Shown: positions 12,511 through 21,466 of the stretch, piece after piece
Numbering within the stretch: the first letter of the stretch is position 1
How the letters are laid out: the number at the start of each line of letters is the position of its first letter
The notes under the pieces: model-generated
Seen by the model: the letters and a program-made list of their open reading frames with translations, nothing else
Databases searched by the model: none
Told to the model about the DNA's origin: nothing
Position numbers and translations under genes: made by a program
Source: an uncultured Thermoleophilia bacterium
Lineage (GTDB): Bacteria > Actinomycetota > Thermoleophilia > UBA2241
Length of the DNA stretch: 64,000 nucleotides
Assembly: GCA_963715985.1 (NCBI GenBank)
Contig: CAVQSP010000020.1
Coordinates: 160,001-224,000 of the forward strand
Direction: 5' to 3'

Positions 12511-13160
12511 GTGGTCTGCTCGCCCTCGCCGCCCCCCGCGGCCTTCTCGTCGCCGGCGAGGATCTGCGCCACCGTCTGCCCGACGAAGTCGCGGAGCGCC
12601 TTGCGCGAGCCGGTGTTGTGGAACACGAAGCGGCTGCGCGCCATCTTCTCCGCCTCGGGCATCTGCTGCGAGAGGCGGCGCGCGAAGTCGCTGTCGGTGA
12701 GCTTGGCCGAGAGGCGGCGGCGGCGCATGTCCGACGGCGCCGTGACCAGCATGATGGAGTCGAACAGGGAGTCCATGCCGCTCTCGAACAGCAACGGCAC
12801 CTCAACGGCGATCAGGGCCGGACGGGGCCGCGCCTTCGCCTGGGCGGCCGCCCAACGTTCGATCTCCTGCCGCACGTGCGGGTGCAGCAAGTGCTCGAGC
12901 CACTCCAGCTCGGCGTCGTCGTGGAACACGATGCTGGCCAGAGCCGCACGGTTGACGTCGTCGCCGGCCAGCACCGCCTTGCCGTGGCGCGCCGCGACCT
13001 CGGCCACGATGTCCGGCCGCGACAGGATGCGGTGCACGATGTCGTCACTGGACGCCACGGCGGCGCCGAACTCGTGCAGGTAGGCGAGCGCCGTGGACTT
13101 GCCGGAGCCGATGCCGCCGGTGAGGCCCAGGCGCGGGATGTGATGTGCTGCTGCAGTCAT
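12507..13160 (-). CDS. coaE: Dephospho-CoA kinase
   Basis: GLTGGIGSGKST, LLHPHVR, EVPLLFE. Confidence 0.93.
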   Translation of the reverse strand: MTAAAHHIPRLGLTGGIGSGKSTALAYLHEFGAAVASSDDIVHRILSRPDIVAEVAARHGKAVLAGDDVNRAALASIVFHDDAELEWLEHLLHPHVRQEIERWAAAQAKARPRPALIAVEVPLLFESGMDSLFDSIMLVTAPSDMRRRRLSAKLTDSDFARRLSQQMPEAEKMARSRFVFHNTGSRKALRDFVGQTVAQILAGDEKAAGGGEGEQTT

Positions 13161-13176
13161 GTGAGGATGGAACGCG

Positions 13177-13226
13177 CGCCGGTGTGGCCGGGGAGCCCGC
13201 TGCGGGCTCCCCGGCGGTCACCGGCG
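13177..13226 (-). terminator. Long GC-rich hairpin downstream of rpsA
   Basis: gccggggagcccgc/gcgggctccccggc inverted repeat with an outer cgccggtg/caccggcg extension. Confidence 0.6.
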
Positions 13227-13234
13227 AAAGCGCG

Positions 13235-14770
13235 TCAGGCCTCGGGGGCCGCTTCGACGCTGTCGTCGTCGGCGCGGGCGCCGGCCGGAAAGACGTCGTC
13301 GCTGAGGCCCAGCTCGGGCTCGTGCTCGGCGACGAACTCGGCGGCCTCTTCCTCGACGACCTCGGCAGCATCGGCGACGATCTCGGCCGCCTCTGCGACC
13401 ACGACGGCGTCCTCGACGGCCTGGGCGAGCTCCTCGGGCGTCTCGGCGGCTTCGAGCTCGGCCTCGACGATGGCCGCGGCGACCTCGACCTCGGCCTCGG
13501 CCTCGGCGACGGCCACGATGTCCTCGGCGATCTCCTCCGCTTCGGCTTCGACCTCAGCCTCGGCGACGGCCTCGGCGAACTCCTCGGCCTCTTCGTCAAG
13601 CTCGGGCTCCACGGGGCGCAGCGGCCGCACGTTGTCGCCGTCCACGCGCTTGATGCTGAGGCTGAGACGGCGGCGCTCGGAGTCGACCTCGATGATCTTG
13701 ACCTGCACGATCTGGCCCACGGAGACGACCTCGTCCGGACGTTCGACGTGGCGGTTGGCCAGCTCGCTGATGTGCACGAGACCCTCGATGCCCTCGTAGA
13801 TCTCGACGAAAGCGCCGAAGGCGACGATCTTGGTGACGCGGCCCTCGACCACGTCGCCCACCTTGTGCTGGGCGACGATCTTCTGCCACGGGTCTTCCTG
13901 GGTCTGCTTGAGACCGAGGCTGATGCGCTGGCGGTCGCGGTCGATGTCCAGCACCTTGACCTTGACCTTCTGATTGACCTGCAGCACCTCGGACGGGTGG
14001 TTGATGTGCGTCCAGCTGAGCTCGCTGATGTGGATGAGGCCGTCGATGCCGTCGAGGTCGACGAAGGCGCCGAAGTCGACGATGTTGCTGATCGTGCCCT
14101 CGACGACGTCGCCCACGTTGAGCTGGTCGATGATCTGCTGGCGGACCTCCTTGCGCTCCTCCTCGAGGACGGCGCGACGGCTGAGGACCACGTTGTTGCG
14201 GTTGCGGTTCATCTCGATGACGCGGCAGTTGAGCTCCTGGCCCACGTACTCCTGGAGGTCCTGCACGCGGCGGATGTCGACGAGGGAGGCGGGCAGGAAG
14301 CCGCGCACGCCGAGGTCGAGGATGAGGCCGCCCTTGACGACCTCGATGACCGTGCCGGTGACGGGCTCGCCGCTCTCGAAGGCGCCCTCGATGCGCTTCC
14401 AGGCCTTCTCGAACTTGGCGCGCTTCTTGCTGAGGATGAGGCGCCCGTCGGCGTCTTCCTTGGTCATGACGAGGGCGTCGATCTCCTCGCCCAGGGCGAC
14501 CTCGTCCGAGGTGTTGACGTTCTTGCGGATGCTGAGCTCGTTGACCGGGATGACGCCTTCGGACTTGTAGCCGATGTCGACCAGGACCTCGTCCTTGTCG
14601 ATGCGCACCACGTTGCCGGTGACGATGTCGCCCTCTGCGAAGACCGTCATCGTGAGGTCGTAGTTGGGGATGATCTCCCCGTCGACCTCGATGAGATAGC
14701 CTTCGCTCCCCTCGACGATCCTGGGGTCGTTGGCGGCCTCGAGCTGGGTATCGGTGGGTTTGTCTGCCAT
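13235..14770 (-). CDS. rpsA: 30S ribosomal protein S1 (four S1 domains plus acidic tail)
   Basis: DIGYKSEG, GFLPAS, FGAFVDL..DGLIHISELSW, EGLVHISELA. Confidence 0.95.
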   Translation of the reverse strand: MADKPTDTQLEAANDPRIVEGSEGYLIEVDGEIIPNYDLTMTVFAEGDIVTGNVVRIDKDEVLVDIGYKSEGVIPVNELSIRKNVNTSDEVALGEEIDALVMTKEDADGRLILSKKRAKFEKAWKRIEGAFESGEPVTGTVIEVVKGGLILDLGVRGFLPASLVDIRRVQDLQEYVGQELNCRVIEMNRNRNNVVLSRRAVLEEERKEVRQQIIDQLNVGDVVEGTISNIVDFGAFVDLDGIDGLIHISELSWTHINHPSEVLQVNQKVKVKVLDIDRDRQRISLGLKQTQEDPWQKIVAQHKVGDVVEGRVTKIVAFGAFVEIYEGIEGLVHISELANRHVERPDEVVSVGQIVQVKIIEVDSERRRLSLSIKRVDGDNVRPLRPVEPELDEEAEEFAEAVAEAEVEAEAEEIAEDIVAVAEAEAEVEVAAAIVEAELEAAETPEELAQAVEDAVVVAEAAEIVADAAEVVEEEAAEFVAEHEPELGLSDDVFPAGARADDDSVEAAPEA

Positions 14771-14856
14771 TGGTTGTCGTTGCCTCCCGGTCACGAATAC
14801 GGTCCGTCGTTGACAGAGGAAACGGCCCGCGGACCGCAGCGAGCCGTAACTGAAGA

Positions 14857-14886
14857 AGTATAGCAGGAAGGATGCGGCCGGGCCAA
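14857..14886 (-). promoter_or_regulatory. Sigma70-type promoter of rpsA
   Basis: TTGGCC-N18-TATACT with extended TG. Confidence 0.55.
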
Positions 14887-14900
14887 GACCGGCGCCGGCC

Positions 14901-17543
14901 TCAGCCTTTGGCCGCCAGCCAGTCCGCGCCCACGCCCACGTCCACCTCGAGCGGCGGGTCCATCTCGTAGGCGCCGCACATCGCCTCGCGCAGCAGGGCG
15001 ACGCCCTCGTCCACCTCGGCGTCCGGGCACTCGAGCACGAGCTCGTCGTGCACCTGGAGGACGAGCCGCGAGGCCAGCTTGCGCCGCGAGAGCTCGCGGC
15101 TCACCGTGACCATGGCGACCTTGATGATGTCGGCGGCCGTGCCCTGCAGCACTGTGTTGACGGCGAGGCGCTCGCCCAGCGAGCGCTCGTTGTAGCGGCT
15201 GGAGCGCAGCTCGGGCACGGCCCGGCGCCGCCCGAACAGCGTGGTCACGTAGCCGTCCTGGACGGCCTGCGCCACGATGCGCTCGCGGAACTCCTGCACG
15301 CGGGGGTACTTCTCGAAGTAGGCCGCGATGAAGGCGCGCGCCTCCTCCACCGGGATGTCGACCTGCTCCGAGAGACCGTAGGCAGAGAGCCCGTACATGA
15401 TGCCGAAGTTGGTGGCCTTGGCGTGCTCCCGCTGCCGCTTGGTGACGTCCTCCACCGGGATGCCGGCCACGGCGGCGGCGGTGACGCGGTGCACGTCCTC
15501 GCCGCGGTGGTAGGCGTCGATGAGGGCAGGCTCCCGGCTGAGCAGCGCCATGAGCCGCAACTCGATCTGCGAGTAGTCGGCCACCACGAGCTTGCAGCCG
15601 TCCTCGGCCACGAAGCAGCCGCGGATCTCCGCCCCCAGCTCGGTGCGCACCGGGATGTTCTGCAGATTGGGGTCGACGCTGGACAGACGGCCCGTGGCAG
15701 CCACCGTCTGCTTGAAGGTGCTGTGCACGCGCCCTGTGGTGGGGTCGATGCGGTCCGGCAGGGTCTCCAGGTACGTGTTGAGAAGCTTGGTGAGCTCGCG
15801 CCACTCCTCCACGAGCGGGACGATGGGATGCTTGTCGCGCAGCCCGCGCAGCACGCGGGCGTCGGTGGAGAAGCCGGTCTTGCCGCGCTTGCCGGGCTCG
15901 AGGCCGAGGCGCCCGAAGAGCACCTCGGCCAGCTGCTGCGGCGAGCCCAGGGTGAACTCGCCGCCGGCGAGGCTCACGATCTCGTCGTGCACCTCGTCCA
16001 CGCGGTCGCGGACGCGCGCCGTGATCTCGCCGAGCCGGTACGGGTCCATCTTGACGCCGGCGGCCTCCATACGCGCGAGCACGTGCACGAGCGGCAGCTC
16101 GATCTCGCGGAAGAGCCGCTCGAGGCCGAGCTCGATGAGGCGGGGGCGCTGCGCCTCCGCCACCTTCCAGGTGAGCAGGGCGCGTGTGGCTGCGGCGGCC
16201 TCTGCGCGCGGCCCCTCCACGAGCACGGCGCCGTCTTCGGCGCCGGCCAGCGAGAAGAGGCCGCGGTCCTTCTCGGCCACTTCCGGGGCGAGCAGGTAGG
16301 CGGCCACGGCGGTGTCGAAGGCAGGGCCGCACGGCGCCGCCGCGTAGCCCGGCTGCGCTTTGGCGTCGTGGACGACCGCGTGCGCGGCCAGCAGCCACAG
16401 CGCCGGCAGGCGCTCGCCGGGTACGGCGGCGGCCTGCACCGCCGCGCCGCCGCCGTGCACGGCCACGGCCCAGCCGCTGCCGCCCTCGGCCGCCTCGAAG
16501 GCGACCGCCGTCTCGGCGCGCTCCAGGGCGGCCGCCAGCGGTCCGGCGTCCGGCTCGAGCACGAGCCGCGCGCCGGGCCGTTCGGCCGCCCGCTCCGCGC
16601 TCACCGGCTCCGCCGCCACGGCCGCTGCCTCCGCCCCGGCGCCCGCGATCTCACGCAGCCGCCGCTGCAGGCTGCGGAACTCGTACTTGCCGAAGACGGC
16701 GTCGATGGCGTCGACCGGCAGCCGGTAGCCGCCGCGCGCCACGAGCTCGACGAGGTCCTCCTCCAGCGGCACGTCCAGCACCATGGTCGCGAGCCGCTTG
16801 GAGAGGCGCGCCTCGGCCTCGTGCTCCGCGAGCAGGGCCCGGCGCTTGTCGCTCTTGACCTCGTCGAGGCGCTCGTACATCGCTTCGATGCTCCCGAACT
16901 GCTGCAGGAGCTGGGCGGCGGTCTTCTCGCCCACGCCCGGCACCCCGGGGATGTTGTCGCTGGTGTCGCCCTTGAGCCCGATGTAGTCGGGGATGCGGTC
17001 CGGGGTGACGCCGAACCGTTCCACGACCGCCGCCGGCGTGTAGATCTTCACGTCGGTGACGCCGCGCCCGGTGCTCATCACCCAGATGTCGTCGTCGACC
17101 ACCTGCATGGCGTCGCGGTCGCCGGTGACGACGATGGAGCCCACTCCCTGCCGCTTGGCCTCCTCCGCCAGCGTGCCGAGGATGTCGTCGGCCTCGTAGC
17201 CGGGACGCACCAGATTGACGATGCCGAACGCGTCGACCAGCTCGGGGAACCGCTCCCACTGCTGCGAGAGCGCCTCCGGCATGTGCGGACGCTGGGCCTT
17301 GTAGTCCTCGAACTCCTCGTGCCGGAACGTCTTCTCGCGGGCGTCCCAGGCGACCACGATGGCGGCCGGCCGGTACTCCTCCACGATCTTGAGCAGCATC
17401 TGGCTGAGTCCGTAGATGGCGTTGGTGGGGAACCCGTCGCGGGTGGTGATGGTCTCGGGCAGCGCGAAGAAGGCGCGGAACGCCAGGCTGCTGCCGTCGA
17501 GGAGAAAGAGACGATCGTAGAGGGACGCGTCGGCCACGTCCAT
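14901..17543 (-). CDS. polA: DNA polymerase I
   Basis: 5'-3' exonuclease (LLDGSSLAFRAFFA, YEADD, GDTSDNIPGVPGVGEKTA); polymerase motifs DYSQIELR, KATNFGIMYG, QVHDEL. The 3'-5' exo region looks degenerate. Confidence 0.96.
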   Translation of the reverse strand: MDVADASLYDRLFLLDGSSLAFRAFFALPETITTRDGFPTNAIYGLSQMLLKIVEEYRPAAIVVAWDAREKTFRHEEFEDYKAQRPHMPEALSQQWERFPELVDAFGIVNLVRPGYEADDILGTLAEEAKRQGVGSIVVTGDRDAMQVVDDDIWVMSTGRGVTDVKIYTPAAVVERFGVTPDRIPDYIGLKGDTSDNIPGVPGVGEKTAAQLLQQFGSIEAMYERLDEVKSDKRRALLAEHEAEARLSKRLATMVLDVPLEEDLVELVARGGYRLPVDAIDAVFGKYEFRSLQRRLREIAGAGAEAAAVAAEPVSAERAAERPGARLVLEPDAGPLAAALERAETAVAFEAAEGGSGWAVAVHGGGAAVQAAAVPGERLPALWLLAAHAVVHDAKAQPGYAAAPCGPAFDTAVAAYLLAPEVAEKDRGLFSLAGAEDGAVLVEGPRAEAAAATRALLTWKVAEAQRPRLIELGLERLFREIELPLVHVLARMEAAGVKMDPYRLGEITARVRDRVDEVHDEIVSLAGGEFTLGSPQQLAEVLFGRLGLEPGKRGKTGFSTDARVLRGLRDKHPIVPLVEEWRELTKLLNTYLETLPDRIDPTTGRVHSTFKQTVAATGRLSSVDPNLQNIPVRTELGAEIRGCFVAEDGCKLVVADYSQIELRLMALLSREPALIDAYHRGEDVHRVTAAAVAGIPVEDVTKRQREHAKATNFGIMYGLSAYGLSEQVDIPVEEARAFIAAYFEKYPRVQEFRERIVAQAVQDGYVTTLFGRRRAVPELRSSRYNERSLGERLAVNTVLQGTAADIIKVAMVTVSRELSRRKLASRLVLQVHDELVLECPDAEVDEGVALLREAMCGAYEMDPPLEVDVGVGADWLAAKG

Positions 17544-17826
17544 CGCCTCCCTTCGCACGCCGGCGTGAAGAAGAACGTCGCCCGGGAGTCTACAGCACCG
17601 CGCCCACATTCTGTCGCAGTGCCGATGAGATGATGCGCGCCGCCGTGGCCGGGCCCGCACCGGGACCGGACCACCCGCCCGCGGAGTGCAGGCGCTGGAA
17701 AGACGCGAGGTGCTTGTCCGCGTCGCGTCACCGGCGAGCCTGCCGCAACGAGCGCTCGGTGCTCTTGAACACGCGCAGCATGGTGGTCTGCCGGCCGGTC
17801 GCGGTCACGCAGCGGCCGACGGATCG

Positions 17827-18603
17827 TCATGCCTGGCGACGGCGCTTCACCAGCAGGACATGAGTGCCGTGCGGACCGCAGGTGAACTGGACGGCGTCAC
17901 ACAGGGCGCGCATGAAGTGGATGCCACGGCCGCTGGTCTGCGAACCATCGGGCTGACAGATGGGGGTGGCGTCCAGGCCGCCGCCGCCGTCCGCCACCTC
18001 CACGGCGACGACGTCGTTGTAGCAGTAGAAGCGCACGCGGATGTCGTCGGCGGCACCGTGAGGAGAGCCGTGGACCAGGGCGTTGCCCAGAGCTTCCGCC
18101 ACGGCCACACTGAACTCGAAGAGATCGCCCTCGGCCAGTCCCGCGACCTCGGCGAAGGCCGTCACGCGTCGGCGCGCCACGGGCAAGCCTTCCGGCGTGG
18201 CGGCGAAGCCGAACTCGTGCTCCCAGTGCGGCGCGTCCGGCAGGGCGACGGAGGGCGTCCCGCCCCCCGCCTCGGCCGGCGGCGGGAGCGGCGGCCGCAC
18301 CAGTCCGGCCGCCGCCAGCACGGCCCGTGTGGACGGCTCTTCGATCGCCATGACCACTTCTCCGCCCCCGCGGCGGAAGCCGTCGGCGGCCTCCCTGAGC
18401 ACGCTGACCTCGTCCGGTCCGAAGCGCGCCGCGGGGTCGACGTCCAGGACGACCTGCGTCACTCCGGCCTCGCGACAGAGCCCCAGCCGCGCCCTGAGGT
18501 CGTCGGCCCGGCACGTGTCGTCGGACGGGCAGCGCAGCACGCACACGTCGCCGCGGAACTCAGCCGTGACCGCGGCCTCGCGGTCTCGTGGGGGTTCGGT
18601 CAT
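17827..18603 (-). CDS. STAS-like domain fused to an RsbW-type anti-sigma (HATPase_c) domain
   Basis: C-terminal EALGNALVHG, VEVADGG, SGRGIHFMRAL; N-terminal VVLDV...LREAA...GGEVV..RAVLAAAGL STAS pattern. Confidence 0.72.
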   Translation of the reverse strand: MTEPPRDREAAVTAEFRGDVCVLRCPSDDTCRADDLRARLGLCREAGVTQVVLDVDPAARFGPDEVSVLREAADGFRRGGGEVVMAIEEPSTRAVLAAAGLVRPPLPPPAEAGGGTPSVALPDAPHWEHEFGFAATPEGLPVARRRVTAFAEVAGLAEGDLFEFSVAVAEALGNALVHGSPHGAADDIRVRFYCYNDVVAVEVADGGGGLDATPICQPDGSQTSGRGIHFMRALCDAVQFTCGPHGTHVLLVKRRRQA

Positions 18604-18697
18604 GCTTCTCGGACCAGCCTCTCGCCATCTCCGGCCGCACAGGGGGGCCGCCGGTCGCCGCACCGGCCGGGTGACGGCCGCGCGGCCTGGGTCGCTC

Positions 18698-18724
18698 ATA
18701 CCCTGCCCCCCCGGCTTCACAACC
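18698..18724 (-). promoter_or_regulatory. SigB/SigF-like promoter
   Basis: Minus strand GGTTG-N16-GGGTAT upstream of the anti-sigma fusion gene. Confidence 0.5.
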
Positions 18725-18817
18725 TCTGCCGCGGGGACTCCCGTCGCAGGCTCGCCGTGGGTAGACTTCCCGCCGGAGGGGCTCACGCCCTTCGAATGAG
18801 GGACGCGAGGAGGCACC

Positions 18818-19249
18818 ATGGGTTCACGGGAGTACGCGCGCGGCCGCAGGGTGGTCGCGCGCCTCACGCACGGCGGCGACCTGCTGGCCGAGATCGGCGC
18901 CGTCGCCGAGCAGCACGGCATGGCGATGGCGGAGGTGCGCGCCATCGGCGCGCTCAGCGAGGCGCGCCTCGCCTACTACGACCAGGCGGCGCAGAGCTAC
19001 GGGGAGTTCGCGGTGGAGGGCCCGGTGGAGCTGCTGGCGCTGCTCGGCAACGTGTCGCGCCGGGACGGCGCCACGGCCGTGCACGTGCACGCCACCCTCT
19101 CCGGGCACGATGGCGCCTGCGTGGGCGGCCATGTGGCCTCCGGCTGCCGCGTGTTCGCCTGCGAACTGATGCTGCAGGAGCTGGACGGCGACCTGCTCGA
19201 GCGCGAGTACGACGAGGTCACGGGCCTGCCGCTCTGGCGCGGGCTCTGA
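18818..19249 (+). CDS. PPC domain (DUF296) protein
   Basis: RLTHGGDLL, AIGAL, ELLALLGN, HVHATL..GGH; RBS GAGGAGG. Confidence 0.85.
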   Translation: MGSREYARGRRVVARLTHGGDLLAEIGAVAEQHGMAMAEVRAIGALSEARLAYYDQAAQSYGEFAVEGPVELLALLGNVSRRDGATAVHVHATLSGHDGACVGGHVASGCRVFACELMLQELDGDLLEREYDEVTGLPLWRGL

Positions 19250-20039
19250 GCGCCGACCGCCTGCGGCGGCGGCGGCGCCACAGCACCACGACGAGGGCCG
19301 CCAGGCCGGCGAGCAGCACCGCCAGGATAAGCGCGTTCACCAGGTGGAACGCGCCCTGCCCGTATAGGCCGAGCTTGATGCGCGCCACGGCTACAATGGC
19401 GCGCACCCAGTCGGCCGGCGTGAAGCTCTCGGCCTCGGCGATGCCGAGAGCATACTCGCCGGTCGCGCCGGCGGGGTCGTACACCACGAGGTAGTAGACA
19501 CGGCTCGGCTGCAGCTCGACCGCCGTGGAGCCGCCGCGGTAGTAGCTCGTGAAGCTGAACGGCTCATAGAACGTGGCTCGCGGGGAAGCCCCAGGGTCGG
19601 GCACGACGACGACGCCGTTCGCCGCCGCCTCCGCAGTCCCGTAGGCCTCGAGCAGGCGATCGGCGACGAACGCCGGCGGCGTGCCGGCCGAGCGCAGCCC
19701 CGGCCCGACGAGGACGAAGGCCGGGCGGAAGTCCCGGTACCCGGCCGACCTGGGCACCAGCATCTCCACGGGCGTGAGCGAGGGCTGCGACACGGCGAGC
19801 CTGTAGGCGTCGAACTCCTCCCCGGCGGCGAGTGTGCCGTACACCGCGCGGGAGACGGCCGCGTCGGGCAGCGCCACGGCGCCGGGGAACGGGTCGCCTG
19901 GTTCGGCGGCCGCGTCGGAGGAGCGGGATGGTTCCAGGAAGGGGACGTGAGCCCGGGCCGGCGGGGCCGCGACGCCGCAGGCGCTCGCGGCGATCAGCGC
20001 GATCGCGAACCCGGCCAGGAAGTGCACGCACCGTCTCAT
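19218..20039 (-). CDS. Exported protein with C-terminal membrane anchor, function unknown
   Basis: Signal peptide ending ARA|HVP, FYEPF motif, C-terminal TM segment plus poly-Arg. Confidence 0.65.
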   Translation of the reverse strand: MRRCVHFLAGFAIALIAASACGVAAPPARAHVPFLEPSRSSDAAAEPGDPFPGAVALPDAAVSRAVYGTLAAGEEFDAYRLAVSQPSLTPVEMLVPRSAGYRDFRPAFVLVGPGLRSAGTPPAFVADRLLEAYGTAEAAANGVVVVPDPGASPRATFYEPFSFTSYYRGGSTAVELQPSRVYYLVVYDPAGATGEYALGIAEAESFTPADWVRAIVAVARIKLGLYGQGAFHLVNALILAVLLAGLAALVVVLWRRRRRRRSALRARARAAGP

Positions 20040-20118
20040 GCCGCAGCTATACCGCGCACGCGGGGACGCCAATCAGGACGGGCCGCAGCCCACGGGAGAC
20101 CGGCAAGAAGAGAAGAGG

Positions 20119-20207
20119 TGGTGTCGGAAGGGGGACTTGAACCCCCATGAGGTTATACCCTCACTAGGCCCTCAACCTAGCGCGTCTACCAATTCCGCCA
20201 TTCCGAC
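20119..20207 (-). tRNA. tRNA-Leu (anticodon GAG)
   Basis: GTCGGAA/TTCCGAC acceptor stem, D-loop GGAATTGGTAGAC, anticodon arm CTAGG-TTGAGGG-CCTAG, long variable arm, GTTCAAG T-loop, encoded CCA. TTGAAG-N17-TATACT promoter upstream. Confidence 0.97.
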
Positions 20208-20460
20208 ACGCGAGGCAGGAGTATAGGAGACTCGCGGTGCAACTTCAACGCGGGGGCGGCGAGGGCTCAAGCATGACGATGGGCGGGCCTCGTGATGCCG
20301 TGACCCGCCCACCGGCGGCGCCCCCTTCAGTGCCTCATGATCGTCGAGGCGGCGGTCTGCACAGACCATGGCGCCGACTGAAGACTTCGACGAGAGTATA
20401 GTGCCGCCTTCGTCGGGGAACAACAGTCCGTGCGTTTTACTGCGGAACGACGAGGTCGCC

Positions 20461-21399
20461 GTGAGCGCGAAGATCCTGGTCGGCAGCTGTTCGTGGACGG
20501 ATCCCACGCTCGTCGCGTGCGGGCGCTTCTACCCGACCGGCGTGACCAGCGCGGAGGCGCGGCTCCGCTACTACGCGGAGCAGTTCCCCATCGTCGAGGT
20601 GGACTCCACCTACTATGCGCCGCCCTCGGAGCGGAACAGCGAACTGTGGGCGGCGCGCACCCCCGACGGCTTCGTCTTCAACGTGAAGGCCTTCGCTCTC
20701 CTGACCGGGCATCCGGCACGCGTAGAGCGTCTGCCCGGCTGGCTGCACGACGCGCTTCCCGAAGCGGCGCGGGCCAAGAAGAACGCCTACGGCAAAGACC
20801 TGGACGCCGCCACGATGGAACGCTTGTGGGACCTTCACCGGCGGGCGCTGGCCCCGCTCGCAGAAGCGGGCAAGCTGGGCGCCGTGCTCTTCCAGTTCCC
20901 GCCGTGGTTCACGCGCTCAGCGGCCAACCGGGAGTACTTGACCACGATCCCGGAGCGCCTGCCGGGCTGGACGGCGGCGGTGGAGTTCCGCGGCGGCGGC
21001 TGGATGGATCCCGACGCCGCCGCCGACACCCTGGCCCTGCTGGAGCGCACCGGCCTCGCCTACGTGAGCGTGGACGAGCCCCAGATGGGGCGCACCAGCA
21101 CGCCGCCGGTGGTGGCCGCCACGGCGCCGCTGGCCATCGTGCGCCTGCACGGCCGCAACGCCGACACCTGGAACGTGAAGACCGGTGCGGCGTCGGACCG
21201 CTTCAAGTACCTCTACAGCGACGCCGAGCTCCTAGAGTGGGTGCCGCAGGTGGACGAGCTCGCGCGCCAGACCCAGGCCGTACACGTGCTCTTCAACAAC
21301 AACTACGAGGACTGGGGCATGCGCAACGCCCGCCGCATGGGCCAGCTGCTGGGCGTGGACGCCGGACCCGCCCAGGCCGCACTCGACCTGGGCGGGTGA
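20461..21399 (+). CDS. DUF72 (YecE-like) TIM-barrel protein
   Basis: VGSCSW, VEVDSTYY, LFQFPP, AVEFR, VRLHGRN, YLYS..EL, FNN. Confidence 0.88.
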   Translation: MSAKILVGSCSWTDPTLVACGRFYPTGVTSAEARLRYYAEQFPIVEVDSTYYAPPSERNSELWAARTPDGFVFNVKAFALLTGHPARVERLPGWLHDALPEAARAKKNAYGKDLDAATMERLWDLHRRALAPLAEAGKLGAVLFQFPPWFTRSAANREYLTTIPERLPGWTAAVEFRGGGWMDPDAAADTLALLERTGLAYVSVDEPQMGRTSTPPVVAATAPLAIVRLHGRNADTWNVKTGAASDRFKYLYSDAELLEWVPQVDELARQTQAVHVLFNNNYEDWGMRNARRMGQLLGVDAGPAQAALDLGG

Positions 21400-21466
21400 C
21401 GCCCGTCGCGGGCCGGCACCGGCGGCGAGGGGCCGGACCCGCGGCCCAAGGGCACAGGCGTCGCCT

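Noticed and set aside
17660-17826. Short minus-strand ORF (MLRVFKSTERSLRQARR) upstream of polA
   Set aside because: No RBS or promoter support, and too short to judge.
18774-18812. Hairpin GAGGGGC-TCAC-GCCCTTC in the DUF296 leader as a riboswitch or pseudoknot
   Set aside because: Only a 7-bp stem with a possible 3-4 bp loop pairing; it matches no riboswitch consensus I know.
19218-20207. tRNA-Leu as an integration site for a genomic island
   Set aside because: I saw no integrase, no duplicated tRNA 3' end and no compositional shift.
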